A stretch of DNA of 43,903 bases from an uncultured Rhodospirillaceae bacterium (GCA_913041095.1 CAJWIB010000001.1:1-43903); one strand, 5' to 3'; numbered from the stretch's first letter, positions 8,359-18,242 are shown. Numbers and translations: made by a program. Notes: generated from the letters alone by a model not told the origin.

Positions 8359-10344
8359 TTAAATCCTGCATCCCAACCGGAAGCCATTATGGATCGCTAG
8401 AGTGAGATCACCCGGCACCATGGCGTCACCGGTTCCGTGCAATTCATCGACCATCCATTGGAAATCCTGGAATAAAGCTTGATTGGGACGAATGGGCGAG
8501 GCAGCGATAATGACATCAGCGGCGATAACGCGTTCTTCTTCGCCGGTCATGACCTTGACGCCTTCAGTAGAGATGCCCAGCACCTTGGCGTCGGTTACGG
8601 TTTCGATGCCAAGCTCCTTAATCCAAGACGTGTGCCGCCATTTCCACGTCGGTGCTACATCATGGCCGAGACGCCGGTTTTTATCGATAATGACGACCTC
8701 ATAGCCCTGGTCTTTGAGCGATTCTGCAAGCGTCAAGCCAATCTTGCCACCGCCGATGACGGCGATGCTCTGACCTTTCTCTATCTCGACTTTACCTTTG
8801 GCGACATCGAAAGCATCGACCACAGGTGCACCTTCGGAAATCGGCAGGGTGTCCATATCGACTATGGCGCCGGTTGCCAGAATAACTGCATCATACTCGT
8901 GCAACATCCCACGCATCATTTTAGGCGTTGGTTCAATACCAAATTTGACTTCGATACCATGCTTTTCGGCCATTACCTCGTAGTAAAATACCATCCGCTT
9001 CAAATCTTCCGGATGCGCCAAATCGTTGGCAGCATAACCGCGCAGGGCGCCGCCGATGACATCGGATTTTTCGAAGACAGTTACTTTATGACCGCGCTGA
9101 GCAGCCGTGATGGCGGCCTCCATACCGGAGGGGCCGGCACCGACAACCATTACCCGTTTGATCGTCACCGCCGGTGAAATGTTGTATTCAGGCTCGTATT
9201 CGTGACCCAAAGCTGGGTTGATCGTGCAGGTATAAGGCAGATCGCGGAACAGCCGCGACAGGCAATTGAGCGAGCCGACGCAGACCTTGGCTTCGTGCAA
9301 GCGGTGCTCTTTGGCTTTGTGAATTAGTTGCGGATCGGCCAGTAGTGGCCGGCAAACCTCCCAATAATCAAAAATACCATCATTGAGGCATTCTTCCGCC
9401 ATTACCGGATCGGGCAGACGGCCACCGTAAGCCAGCGGTAAATCCGGCAATTCTTTTTTGGCGCGCGCGGCTAGATAATTCCAATGGCCCGGCGGGACAT
9501 CGCGGCCAATCGAAGATTCTGGTGCTTCCTGCCAGCCAATAGTCAAGCTCAGCATATCCATGCCAGCGTCGGCAGCGATGTGCATGATCTCGAAACATTC
9601 ATCGACCGTGTTGCCACCCCATTGATCCATCAACTCGGCGCCGTTAAGGCGGACAATCAAAGGATAATCATCACCGATTCTTTGCTTGATGGCGTCGATC
9701 AGCTCGACTAGGAAACGTGCCCGGTTCTCGACCGACCCGCCATATTCGTCGGTCCGCTGGTTAGTGAAGTTGGAGAGAAAATTAGCCAGCAAATAACCCA
9801 TAAAGCTGGTGATCTCGACGCCATCAAATCCGGCACGGATCGATAGCTCAGAGGCAAAGGCGTGCTGCTCGATGCACTCCTTAATTTGTTCCTTGGTCAT
9901 TTCCCGGGGCGGGCGGAAATGAGGTAAAGTTTGGGGTACGACCGAAGGCTGAACACAATAGCCGAGATCAATGCCGCCATACCGGCCGGCGTGCAAAATC
10001 TGTTGGATCGCCATGGCATTATTGTCGTGGATATATTCGGCAATGGTCTCAAACTGGGGCAGGAATTTTTCATCGTAAAGCGCGATTTGGGTGTAATAAG
10101 CTTTGCCCTCGCCCAGCGGATCGGCATAGGCACCCTGGTTGGTGATCATGCCGCAGCCGGATTCAGCAATGACCTTCATACGCGCCAATTCTCGCGGCGT
10201 GATCGAGCCATCGGTATTGTTGAAATTGGAGACACAACAGGCGCCGTATTTCACCCGATTAGTTAATTCGTATTTGCCGAATTTTACCGGCTCGAAAAGC
10301 TTGGTGAGTTCAGGCGATTGAGTTTTTTCCGGTTGGGCGTCCAT
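8359..10344 (-). CDS. NADH:flavin oxidoreductase (OYE-like TIM barrel) fused to an FAD/NAD(P)-binding domain (2,4-dienoyl-CoA reductase / amine dehydrogenase / N-methylproline demethylase superfamily)
   Basis: 661 aa. QQILHAGRYG and the barrel layout are typical of the FadH/TMADH class. VMVVGAGPSGMEAA and IAVIGGGKIGLTLA are two dinucleotide-binding GxGxxG motifs. The inter-domain Fe-S motif reads C-V-G-S-L-N-C-x11-C (see findings). Confidence 0.8.
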   Translation of the reverse strand: MDAQPEKTQSPELTKLFEPVKFGKYELTNRVKYGACCVSNFNNTDGSITPRELARMKVIAESGCGMITNQGAYADPLGEGKAYYTQIALYDEKFLPQFETIAEYIHDNNAMAIQQILHAGRYGGIDLGYCVQPSVVPQTLPHFRPPREMTKEQIKECIEQHAFASELSIRAGFDGVEITSFMGYLLANFLSNFTNQRTDEYGGSVENRARFLVELIDAIKQRIGDDYPLIVRLNGAELMDQWGGNTVDECFEIMHIAADAGMDMLSLTIGWQEAPESSIGRDVPPGHWNYLAARAKKELPDLPLAYGGRLPDPVMAEECLNDGIFDYWEVCRPLLADPQLIHKAKEHRLHEAKVCVGSLNCLSRLFRDLPYTCTINPALGHEYEPEYNISPAVTIKRVMVVGAGPSGMEAAITAAQRGHKVTVFEKSDVIGGALRGYAANDLAHPEDLKRMVFYYEVMAEKHGIEVKFGIEPTPKMMRGMLHEYDAVILATGAIVDMDTLPISEGAPVVDAFDVAKGKVEIEKGQSIAVIGGGKIGLTLAESLKDQGYEVVIIDKNRRLGHDVAPTWKWRHTSWIKELGIETVTDAKVLGISTEGVKVMTGEEERVIAADVIIAASPIRPNQALFQDFQWMVDELHGTGDAMVPGDLTLAIHNGFRLGCRI

Positions 10345-10712
10345 GGTGTTTTCCTAGGCTGCGATATTGATAACAGATACTAAATATTGTTTTGGTTGCG
10401 AACAATGTATGAAACAAATCTAGCCTTCTTATAGTTGTTGATCAAGCTTAGTAGGTAGTGGTTTTTGTGGTCGGATTTAAGTAAGCTATTCCAATAATTT
10501 CCGGGGAGAATTAGTTCATGCGATCTCGATTTCTAGTTATTGGCCTTGCAATTCCAACAGTAGCACTGATTATTTTTTATATTCTGTTTTTCTTGTACCC
10601 GCAGTGGTTCCCTAGATAGAACAAGACGGCAATTAATTTCAAAGGATGGGGAAATGAAAATGGCGGATGTTAATCCAGAAACCAGAGCCAAATGGAATAA
10701 GCTGCTCAATAA

Positions 10713-11000
10713 GTAATATTATGGCATTACATCCAATCTGACAATGGTTCTGAGTTTATTGCCCGTGATCTACAAGCTTGGTTCAAGAAGGTCGGCATCA
10801 AACTAATCCAAATCTATCCCAGTAGTCTTTGGGAGAATGGATACAACGAACGCTTCAATGGCTCCTTCAGAAGAGCAGTTTTAAACGCCGAATGGTTCTC
10901 GACTATTAAACAGGCTCAGATCGTCATTAATACCTGGTTAAAATAGTATAATCATATCCGACCCCATCAGTCATTAAACATGAGGCCGCCAGTGCCTAAA
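10713..11000 (+). mobile_element. IS3-family transposase OrfB (DDE integrase core) C-terminal remnant with in-frame TAG at 10944-10946
   Basis: Translation is ..IQSDNGSEFIARDLQAWFKKVGIKLIQIYPSSLWENGYNERFNGSFRRAVLNAEWFSTIKQAQIVINTWLK*YNHIRPHQSLNMRPPVP. It has the SDNG.EF, P..NG..ERFN and YN..RPH hallmarks of the rve domain. The N-terminal two-thirds are absent. Confidence 0.8.
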
Positions 11001-11404
11001 ACTCTACTACAAAGTGGTACTGAAAATTGGGGCTGGACAAGAAAGATGGAGTTTATTGGTCAGTGATAATCTAACGTTTGAGCCAGTCGCGTGGATTTTT
11101 ACCGATTACGCCAAGCTCAAGGGGTTGCGCCCGAGACCAAAACGATTGACGGCAATGAAAGCGTCTTTTGAGACCATGGAGGTTAACCCCTATTATTGTT
11201 GACCGGTTATCCCTTTTCAAGTTGTCCAAAATCAATTGAAACGTCCCGGTTTTATACTATCACTAACGCGAATTTCAGAGAATTCAGCCGCCTATAAGAG
11301 AAATTGTTTTTCAATAGTGCTTCCAAATGGCAAAATATTCTCACCAATGTTGCGGCAGGCAACTCAAAAAAATTAAAACTTAAGACCGATTAGAGGCTAA
11401 CAAA

Positions 11405-13579
11405 ATGATAGATAGAACTCAAAAGGGTGGCCTTCAGGTCGCCAGTGTCCTGATTGACCTAGTGGCGGATAAAATCGCCCCCGGTACCGGTGTCAAACCC
11501 GATGCTTTTTGGCAGGCTTTTGAAGATGTGCTCAACGATCTGGCACCGAAAAACAAAGCGCTGTTGCAAAAGCGTGATGATCTGCAGACCAAGATCGATG
11601 CCTGGCATGTCGAGCACAAAGGTCAGGATCATGATGCGGCGGCTTATAAGCAGTTCTTGCTCGATATCGGTTATCTCGTGCCGGAAGGCGACGATTTTGA
11701 AATTTCTACCAGCAATGTTGATCCTGAGATCGCGACGATTGCCGGGGCACAGTTGGTGGTGCCGACTTCGAATGCCCGCTTTGCCTTAAACGCTGCTAAT
11801 GCGCGTTGGGGCAGCCTCTATGATGCACTTTACGGCACTGATGTTATTGATGAAACAGACGGTAAAGAACGCAGTGGCGACTATAACGAGATTCGTGGGG
11901 TGGCGGTTATTGATTATGCTGCCAGCGTACTGGATCAAGCTAATCCGCTTGCATCGGGCAGTCAAAAAGATGCGACCGGCTATGCCATTAAAGACGGCGC
12001 GCTTGCGGTGGCGCTTGGTGAAGATAGTACAGGTTTGGCTGATCCAACTCAGTTTGCCGGTTATCAGGGCTCGGCAGATGCACCTTCATTGATATTGTTG
12101 GTCCACAACGGACTTCACATCGAGATTCAAATCGACCGCGACCACGCCATCGGTAAAGACAGTGCGGCTGGCGTCAAAGACGTTGTTTTGGAAGCAGCGA
12201 TCACGACCATTCAGGATTTTGAAGATTCCGTAGCGGCTGTCGATGCTGAAGACAAGGCGCTTATTTATGAAAACTTCCTTGGTCTAATTAAGGGCGATCT
12301 TGAAGATACCTTTGATAAAAGTGGCTCTAGCATGACCCGGCGGATGAACCCGGACCGGGACTACACGACACCCGATGGTGGGACGTTGACGCTATCTGGG
12401 CGTTCACTTCTGCTAGTGCGGAATGTCGGGCATTTGATGACCAATCCGGCCATTCTCGATAAAGACGGTAATGAAGTGCCGGAAGGTATTATGGATACGA
12501 TGTTTACCGGGCTCATTGGTATTCATGATCTCAAAGGAACCGGTGCACTCAAAAACAGCCGTGAAGGCTCAATCTATGTGGTGAAACCCAAAATGCACGG
12601 ACCGGAAGAAACCGCCTTTACCTGTGAGCTTTTCAGCCGCGTTGAAGATGCACTCGGTATTCCGGCAAAAACAATGAAGGTTGGCATCATGGACGAAGAA
12701 CGCCGCACCACCGTTAACCTTAAGGAATGTGTGCGGGCTGCAGTTGATCGTGTGGTGTTTATTAATACCGGCTTCCTTGATCGCACCGGCGATGAAATGC
12801 ACACCAGCATGGAAGCGGGACCGTTCTTGCCCAAAGCCGACATTAAGACCGAGCCTTGGATCAACGCTTATGAAGACTGGAATGTTGATATTGGACTCGA
12901 AACCGGCTTTAGGGGCAAGGCGCAAATCGGTAAAGGTATGTGGGCGATGCCGGACGAAATGGCTGCGATGATGGACGCCAAGATAGGTCATCCGCAAGCT
13001 GGCGCTAATACCGCCTGGGTGCCATCGCCAACGGGCGCGACCTTACACGCCATTCACTATCATCAATGCAGCGTTACCAACCGTCAGGAAGAACTAGCCA
13101 GCCGTGGCCGCGCCAGCCTCGACGATATCCTGACCATTCCATTGCTGGGTGGGCGCAATCTGTCAGCCGACGAAGTTCAAAACGAGCTCGATAACAATGC
13201 GCAAGGCATCTTGGGCTATGTCGTCCGTTGGGTCGAACAGGGGGTTGGTTGCTCCAAAGTGCCAGATATCAATAACATTGCATTGATGGAAGACCGGGCG
13301 ACGCTCAGGATTTCGAGTCAGCACATAGCCAACTGGCTGCATCACGGTGTCTGCGCCGAAGATCAAGTGATGGAGACGATGAAGCGAATGGCGGCGGTGG
13401 TTGACAGCCAGAACGCGGGAGACAGTGCTTATCACAATATGGCGCCGGACTTCGATAACAGCATAGCCTTTGGTGCGGCGTGTGATCTCGTGTTTAAGGG
13501 CCTCGAACAACCCGCCGGCTACACCGAACCGATACTTCACGCCAAACGCCAAGAGGCCAAGGCGAAGCTCGGGCAGTAA
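11405..13579 (+). CDS. glcB: Malate synthase G
   Basis: 724 aa, the length and N-terminus typical of MSG (..[24 protein letters not shown]). It is collinear with the glcB family throughout. Confidence 0.9.
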   Translation: MIDRTQKGGLQVASVLIDLVADKIAPGTGVKPDAFWQAFEDVLNDLAPKNKALLQKRDDLQTKIDAWHVEHKGQDHDAAAYKQFLLDIGYLVPEGDDFEISTSNVDPEIATIAGAQLVVPTSNARFALNAANARWGSLYDALYGTDVIDETDGKERSGDYNEIRGVAVIDYAASVLDQANPLASGSQKDATGYAIKDGALAVALGEDSTGLADPTQFAGYQGSADAPSLILLVHNGLHIEIQIDRDHAIGKDSAAGVKDVVLEAAITTIQDFEDSVAAVDAEDKALIYENFLGLIKGDLEDTFDKSGSSMTRRMNPDRDYTTPDGGTLTLSGRSLLLVRNVGHLMTNPAILDKDGNEVPEGIMDTMFTGLIGIHDLKGTGALKNSREGSIYVVKPKMHGPEETAFTCELFSRVEDALGIPAKTMKVGIMDEERRTTVNLKECVRAAVDRVVFINTGFLDRTGDEMHTSMEAGPFLPKADIKTEPWINAYEDWNVDIGLETGFRGKAQIGKGMWAMPDEMAAMMDAKIGHPQAGANTAWVPSPTGATLHAIHYHQCSVTNRQEELASRGRASLDDILTIPLLGGRNLSADEVQNELDNNAQGILGYVVRWVEQGVGCSKVPDINNIALMEDRATLRISSQHIANWLHHGVCAEDQVMETMKRMAAVVDSQNAGDSAYHNMAPDFDNSIAFGAACDLVFKGLEQPAGYTEPILHAKRQEAKAKLGQ

Positions 13580-13606
13580 GCCAGCCGAAACTTATTGGGA
13601 GCAATC

Positions 13607-15250
13607 ATGCAGGATCGTCGCCAGCAAATACCTGAACCGCGTCCTGGCATTGATAGCCAGTCCACCTATGATGTTCTAATCATTGGTTCTGGGGCGGCAG
13701 GGTTGACCCTCGCCCTGCAATTGTCCGCGGATGTGCGGGCCGCCGTGCTCAGCAAAGGGGCGTTGACCGAAGGCAGTTCTTATTATGCCCAAGGTGGTAT
13801 TGCGGCTGTTCTGGAAGAAGGTGATACCTTCGCCTCCCACATCGAAGATACATTGAACGCCGGTGGAGGGCTCTGTGATCCGGAAGCTGTAAAATTTACG
13901 GTGGAAAATGGGCCAGCCGCCATTGGCCAGCTGATTGATCATGGTGTAGCATTTACCTCAAACGATGAAACCGGTGACAAATATCCCTATCACCTGACCC
14001 GCGAAGGCGGGCACTCTCAGCGCCGTGTGATCCATGTCGCTGATGCGACGGGTAAATCAGTTGAAAATACGCTAATCGTTCGGGCCAAAGAGCGGCAGAA
14101 CATTTCAATGTTCGAGAATATTCTCGCTGTTGATTTGGTGCGGGAAAAACTCGCGGGCGGCTACCTTGGACGCTGTGTTGGGGCCTATGCACTCGACACG
14201 CAAGACGGTCGCGTCAAACTGATTAAGGCCCGGGCTGTGGTGCTGGCAACCGGTGGCGCCAGTAAAGTTTATCTTTACACTTCCAATCCCGATGGCTCGA
14301 CTGGTGATGGTATCGCCATGGCGTGGCGGGCAGGGTGCCGGGTTGGCAATATGGAGTTTTCCCAGTTTCACCCGACCTGCCTGTATCATTCTGAGGCTAA
14401 GTCGTTTCTGATTACTGAAGCCGTCCGGGGTGAAGGTGGTATTTTGACAACACCTGACGGCAATCGTTTTATGGCGCGTTACGATGAGCGTTTGGAATTA
14501 GCACCCCGCGATATTGTTGCCCGAGCTGTCGATCATGAAATGAAACGCCTCGGTGTCGAGCACGTTTATCTCGACATCAGTCACCAGCCAACATCGTTTA
14601 TTGAGGAGCATTTTCCTACTGTCTATGAGCGCTGTCTAGAGTATGGTTGTGACATGACAAAAGAGCCGCTGCCCGTTGTCCCGGCTGCTCACTACACCTG
14701 TGGCGGTGTGGTGAGCGACCAGCGCGGCCGGACTGATGTCGAAGGCCTGTGGGCCGTTGGCGAGGTCGCTTTCACCGGCTTGCATGGCGCCAATCGCATG
14801 GCCAGTAACTCTTTACTTGAGGGGTTGGTTTTTGCTGGTGCGGCGGCGCGGGATATCGATGTGACATTGGATGAGCGGGCCGCACCTCCGGAATTGCCAG
14901 CCTGGGATGAAACCTTTGTTACCGATTCCGATGAGGAGGTGGTGGTGGCACATAACTGGGACGAATTGCGGCGGTTCATGTGGGACTACGTTGGTATTGT
15001 CCGGACCTCCAAGCGATTGGAGCGGGCACGGCACCGGGTAGAGCTGCTGCTCCACGAAATCGCTGAGTACTATTGGAATTTTCGCGTCACCAGCGATCTT
15101 TTAGAACTGCGCAATCTTTCGCAAGTTGCTATTCTGATTATCCGGTCTGCGGCGCGGCGGAAGGAAAGCCGGGGTCTGCATTACACGCTGGATTATCCAG
15201 AACCGGATACCAGCGGACCGCCACAAAATACCATCTTAATCCCCGAATAA
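13607..15250 (+). CDS. nadB: L-aspartate oxidase
   Basis: [17 protein letters not shown] (FAD), YAQGGIAA and [17 protein letters not shown] are conserved NadB/succinate-dehydrogenase flavoprotein motifs. I prefer the ATG at 13607, which has GGGAG 5 nt upstream, over the TTG at 13595. Confidence 0.9.
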   Translation: MQDRRQQIPEPRPGIDSQSTYDVLIIGSGAAGLTLALQLSADVRAAVLSKGALTEGSSYYAQGGIAAVLEEGDTFASHIEDTLNAGGGLCDPEAVKFTVENGPAAIGQLIDHGVAFTSNDETGDKYPYHLTREGGHSQRRVIHVADATGKSVENTLIVRAKERQNISMFENILAVDLVREKLAGGYLGRCVGAYALDTQDGRVKLIKARAVVLATGGASKVYLYTSNPDGSTGDGIAMAWRAGCRVGNMEFSQFHPTCLYHSEAKSFLITEAVRGEGGILTTPDGNRFMARYDERLELAPRDIVARAVDHEMKRLGVEHVYLDISHQPTSFIEEHFPTVYERCLEYGCDMTKEPLPVVPAAHYTCGGVVSDQRGRTDVEGLWAVGEVAFTGLHGANRMASNSLLEGLVFAGAAARDIDVTLDERAAPPELPAWDETFVTDSDEEVVVAHNWDELRRFMWDYVGIVRTSKRLERARHRVELLLHEIAEYYWNFRVTSDLLELRNLSQVAILIIRSAARRKESRGLHYTLDYPEPDTSGPPQNTILIPE

Positions 15251-15279
15251 GAAACAGCACATCCAGGGCGTGTTGTTTC
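15251..15279 (+). terminator. Possible intrinsic terminator after nadB
   Basis: GAAACAGCAC-atccagggc-GTGTTGTTTC forms a 10-bp stem with one G-U pair, directly after the nadB stop. The U-tract is weak. Confidence 0.4.
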
Positions 15280-15439
15280 CAAATAGTTTGGTCACTTCCA
15301 GTGGCTGCGGGAATTGGCTAAGGTTGAATTAAATCCAAAACGTAAAATAGGATCAGAAAAAGTGCTCACTTTCCAGGGATATACTTAAGGGCAATCACCC
15401 AACCCTTTTAGTTGTCACAGTTAGCCTGCGTTATTCCCT

Positions 15440-15471
15440 TAGTGCCATAGACGCTGACGGGGTACAGGTGC
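15440..15471 (+). repeat. 32-nt intergenic motif, copy 2 (TAGTGCCATAGACGCTGACGGGGTACAGGTGC)
   Basis: It matches 6291-6322 at 27 of 32 positions in the same orientation, and ends 124 nt upstream of the Mo-enzyme operon start. Confidence 0.7.
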
Positions 15472-15529
15472 CTCAATTCACCGATCAGGGCAAGTGCACC
15501 TATATTGATAAAATTTATGAATACCAAAT

Positions 15530-15558
15530 TTGACAATAGTTTCATATGAAACTATTAT
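15530..15558 (+). promoter_or_regulatory. Near-consensus sigma70-type promoter (TTGACA-N17-TATTAT) for the ferredoxin/Mo-oxidoreductase operon
   Basis: TTGACA is at 15530-15535, the spacer is 17 nt, and TATTAT is at 15553-15558. This lies 37 nt upstream of the ATG at 15595, and GAGAGG at 15583-15588 is a likely RBS. Confidence 0.55.
15535..15556. promoter_or_regulatory. Perfect 22-bp palindrome AATAGTTTCATATGAAACTATT (candidate operator) overlapping the promoter spacer and -10
   Basis: The sequence equals its own reverse complement over all 22 nt, and it sits between the -35 and -10 elements. Confidence 0.6.
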
Positions 15559-15594
15559 GCCTACTAACTGTTTAAAAAGTTTGAGAGGCTTCAG

Positions 15595-15924
15595 ATGGTG
15601 CGGAATGGGTTGTTGATTGATTATAATTACTGCACCGGTTGCCGATCCTGCGAGATTGCCTGTCAGCAGGAACATAATTATCCCGCTGGCCAGTTCGGCA
15701 TTACGGTCACCGAGCATATTCTTGAGAAGAAAAACGGCCTTTCGATTTACTATCTTCCGTTTCCAACTGATCTTTGTAATCTCTGCGCCCACCGGACCCA
15801 AGACGGTGCTCAACCTTCTTGCGTTAAACACTGCCAGGCCCGCTGCATGAGCTTTGGGCCGCTCACAGAAATGGTCGCTCAAATGAATGAGCAGCCGAAG
15901 ACCGTACTCTACGCGCCGAAGTAA
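15595..15924 (+). CDS. 4Fe-4S dicluster mini-ferredoxin, small subunit of Mo/W oxidoreductase (locus A)
   Basis: 109 aa. It has CTGCRSCEIAC (CxxCxxCxxxC) and CNLC-x11-C-x3-C-x3-C. It lies 14 nt upstream of the large subunit. Its paralogue is at 31371-31709. Confidence 0.8.
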   Translation: MVRNGLLIDYNYCTGCRSCEIACQQEHNYPAGQFGITVTEHILEKKNGLSIYYLPFPTDLCNLCAHRTQDGAQPSCVKHCQARCMSFGPLTEMVAQMNEQPKTVLYAPK

Positions 15925-15938
15925 GGGGGATATATTAA

Positions 15939-18191
15939 ATGAATAAGGTGGATGATGTGAAAATTGTTAAAACCGGCGCGTGGTCGGGTGGACCAGGGTG
16001 CCATGGCGGTTGCGGTGTTGATTTGCATATCAAAGACGGCAAGCTGGTCAAAGTTGAAGGCGACGAGGATCACCCGTTTCATCAGGGCCGGCTTTGTCCC
16101 CGGGCTTTGGCGCTAACCCAATACGCTTATCATGAAGACCGGCTGCAAACGCCGCTGAAGCGAGTTGGTGAGAGGGGTTCCGGCGAATGGGCGAAAATTT
16201 CGTGGGATGAAGCGCTCGACGAGTGTGAATATGAATTGCGCAAAATCCGCGACGAGTACGGTGCTGAATCGATGGTGTTTGGTCAAGGCACCGGGCGCGA
16301 TGCCGGTGGACCGCTAATCTTTATGGCTTATGCCTATGGCAGTCCTAATTGGACTTTATTTGGTCTGTCCGGCATTTCATGTTTTACACCGCGATTGGCC
16401 GGGATGCACACTGTTGCCGGTGATATTACATTTCCTGATGCCGCGCAGTTTTCACCCGAGCGTTACGATGATCCAGAATACACACCGCCCGAGGTGATGC
16501 TGCACTGGGCCCGGGGTATTCGCGGCTCTCAATGCACCGATCACTATTTCTCCGGCCACTATGTCGTCGACATGATGAAGCTCGGCACTAAGCTGATCGT
16601 TATCGATCCGCGCTTCTCTTGGGCAGCGTCCCGGGCTGAGTTGTGGTTGCAAATCCGTCCTGGCACCGATGGTGCGCTGGCGCTCGGTATGCTCAATGTT
16701 ATTATTAACGAGAACCTCTACGATAAGGAATTCGTTGAAAAATGGACCCACGGTTTTGAGGAACTTAAACAACGGGTGCAGGACTATCCACTGGCCAAGG
16801 TTTCTGAGATTACCTGGATTCCGACGGAAGATATTGTCAAGGCTGCCCGCATGTATGCCAAGGCCAATCCAGGCGCCATCCGGTTTGGCCAGCCATTGGA
16901 TTCCAACGCTCAAGCCACTGCTACCATGCATGCGCTCAACTGTCTGTGGGCGATTACCGGCAATACGGATATTCCCGGTGGTAACATTATCTGCCGCCCG
17001 CCTTATGGCGTGTCGCTTTATCCGTATTCGACCGAGGAAGTGATCCAGCTTTATGGTGAGGAGTTAGTCAATAACCTCAATAAAAAACGTATCGGCGCTG
17101 ACAAGTTCCCACTGGTGAAGAATTTCCGCGCCTGGGCGCTGGCCGATACAGTGCTTGAGCAGATGGAGTCCGGTGACCCTTATCCGATCAAGGGACTCTG
17201 GCTCTACACCAACAATTTCATGGCCGGCACGGCACAGGACCCGAGGCGGCATTATGAAGCGGTTAAGAAGCTCAATTTCAATGTCGTTGTCGATAACTTC
17301 ATGACACCGACTGCCTCGGCCATTGCCGATATCGTATTACCCGGCCAGACCATGGCGGAAAAAGATTCCGTTTTTACCACCGGTGTTATTCTTAACGCCA
17401 TGCATGGGCCGCTTAAAATCGGCGATACCAAGTCTGGCTGGGATGTTGCCTTTGAAATGGGCAAACGGCTCAATCCGCAGGCGGTACCGTGGGATACGCT
17501 ACAGGATCTGTTTACCGAACGCTTGCGCCCGGCGGGGGTTACCTTCAATGAATTGGTTGAAAATAATGGTATGCTGACGCCAAAGGATCACATTTCCGGT
17601 GGCAGACCTTACCGCCGTCATGAAAAAGGTCAGCTGCGGCCGGATGGTGAACCCGGTTTCCGTACACCGACCGGTAAGATCGAACTTTATTCGACCAAGT
17701 TCGAGGAATATGGCCTCGACCCGCTGCCTTTCCACGAAGAACCCGTTGAAAGCCCGATTAGCACACCGGAGATATTCAAAGAGTATCCGCTGATCATGAT
17801 AACCGGGCGACGCAATCCGACTTATTACCATAGTGAGCACCGGCAAATCCCCTGGCTGCGGCAGTTTGACGGGGAGCCCTATGTCGAGTTGCATCAGGAA
17901 ACTGCTGCCGAACTTGGCGTTGAGGATGGAGAATGGGTCTGGATCGAAGGCGTACGCGGCAAGGTCAAACGCAAGCTCAGAACTACGCCGGTGGTGCACC
18001 GGCAAATGGCGATGGCGCCGCATGGTTGGTGGTATCCGGAAAAGGAAAACAAAGCGCCGATTCTCAATGGCATTTGGGATATCAACCTCAACCAATTGAT
18101 CCCAATGGGTCATCAAGGTAAATCCGGCTTTGGCGGCGCGCCACTCAAGACCATGCTGTGCAAAATTTATCCGATGGAGAAAGTCTCTTAG
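15939..18191 (+). CDS. Molybdopterin (bis-MGD, DMSO-reductase/MopB superfamily) oxidoreductase large subunit, cytoplasmic (locus A)
   Basis: 750 aa. It has an N-terminal Fe-S-like motif GCHGGC-x27-CPR and a MopB-like domain order with a C-terminal dinucleotide-binding domain. There is no RR leader. Its paralogue is at 31712-33949. Confidence 0.8.
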   Translation: MNKVDDVKIVKTGAWSGGPGCHGGCGVDLHIKDGKLVKVEGDEDHPFHQGRLCPRALALTQYAYHEDRLQTPLKRVGERGSGEWAKISWDEALDECEYELRKIRDEYGAESMVFGQGTGRDAGGPLIFMAYAYGSPNWTLFGLSGISCFTPRLAGMHTVAGDITFPDAAQFSPERYDDPEYTPPEVMLHWARGIRGSQCTDHYFSGHYVVDMMKLGTKLIVIDPRFSWAASRAELWLQIRPGTDGALALGMLNVIINENLYDKEFVEKWTHGFEELKQRVQDYPLAKVSEITWIPTEDIVKAARMYAKANPGAIRFGQPLDSNAQATATMHALNCLWAITGNTDIPGGNIICRPPYGVSLYPYSTEEVIQLYGEELVNNLNKKRIGADKFPLVKNFRAWALADTVLEQMESGDPYPIKGLWLYTNNFMAGTAQDPRRHYEAVKKLNFNVVVDNFMTPTASAIADIVLPGQTMAEKDSVFTTGVILNAMHGPLKIGDTKSGWDVAFEMGKRLNPQAVPWDTLQDLFTERLRPAGVTFNELVENNGMLTPKDHISGGRPYRRHEKGQLRPDGEPGFRTPTGKIELYSTKFEEYGLDPLPFHEEPVESPISTPEIFKEYPLIMITGRRNPTYYHSEHRQIPWLRQFDGEPYVELHQETAAELGVEDGEWVWIEGVRGKVKRKLRTTPVVHRQMAMAPHGWWYPEKENKAPILNGIWDINLNQLIPMGHQGKSGFGGAPLKTMLCKIYPMEKVS

Positions 18192-18242
18192 AGTGCTTAG
18201 CAATAAAATTGAGTCGACTTTATCGATTGTCGACGGGGTAGA

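Noticed and set aside
8479-9177. Long antisense ORFs inside large genes (for example 8479-9177, 12569-12997, 16452-16931, 17499-18203, 30169-30705, 32860-33432, 33521-34030, 42722-43174)
   Set aside because: Each lies entirely within a strongly supported gene on the opposite strand. Their Arg/Ser/Pro-rich, low-complexity composition is typical of shadow frames.
11203-11404. Possible glycine riboswitch upstream of malate synthase G, as reported for some marine alphaproteobacteria
   Set aside because: I could not find the conserved GGAGAG...CACCG / CUCUGGAGAG...ACCGAAGGGGCAA-type cores or a tandem-aptamer layout in this leader. It would need an Rfam scan to exclude formally.
15478-15882. 134-aa minus-strand ORF overlapping the locus A promoter and ferredoxin gene
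   Set aside because: It is antisense to a well-supported Cys-motif ORF and its promoter. This is a typical shadow ORF.
15939-18191. Selenocysteine (in-frame TGA) in the Mo enzymes, as in many formate dehydrogenases
   Set aside because: Both large-subunit ORFs are uninterrupted, and a Cys occupies the likely ligand position. There is no TGA/SECIS candidate.
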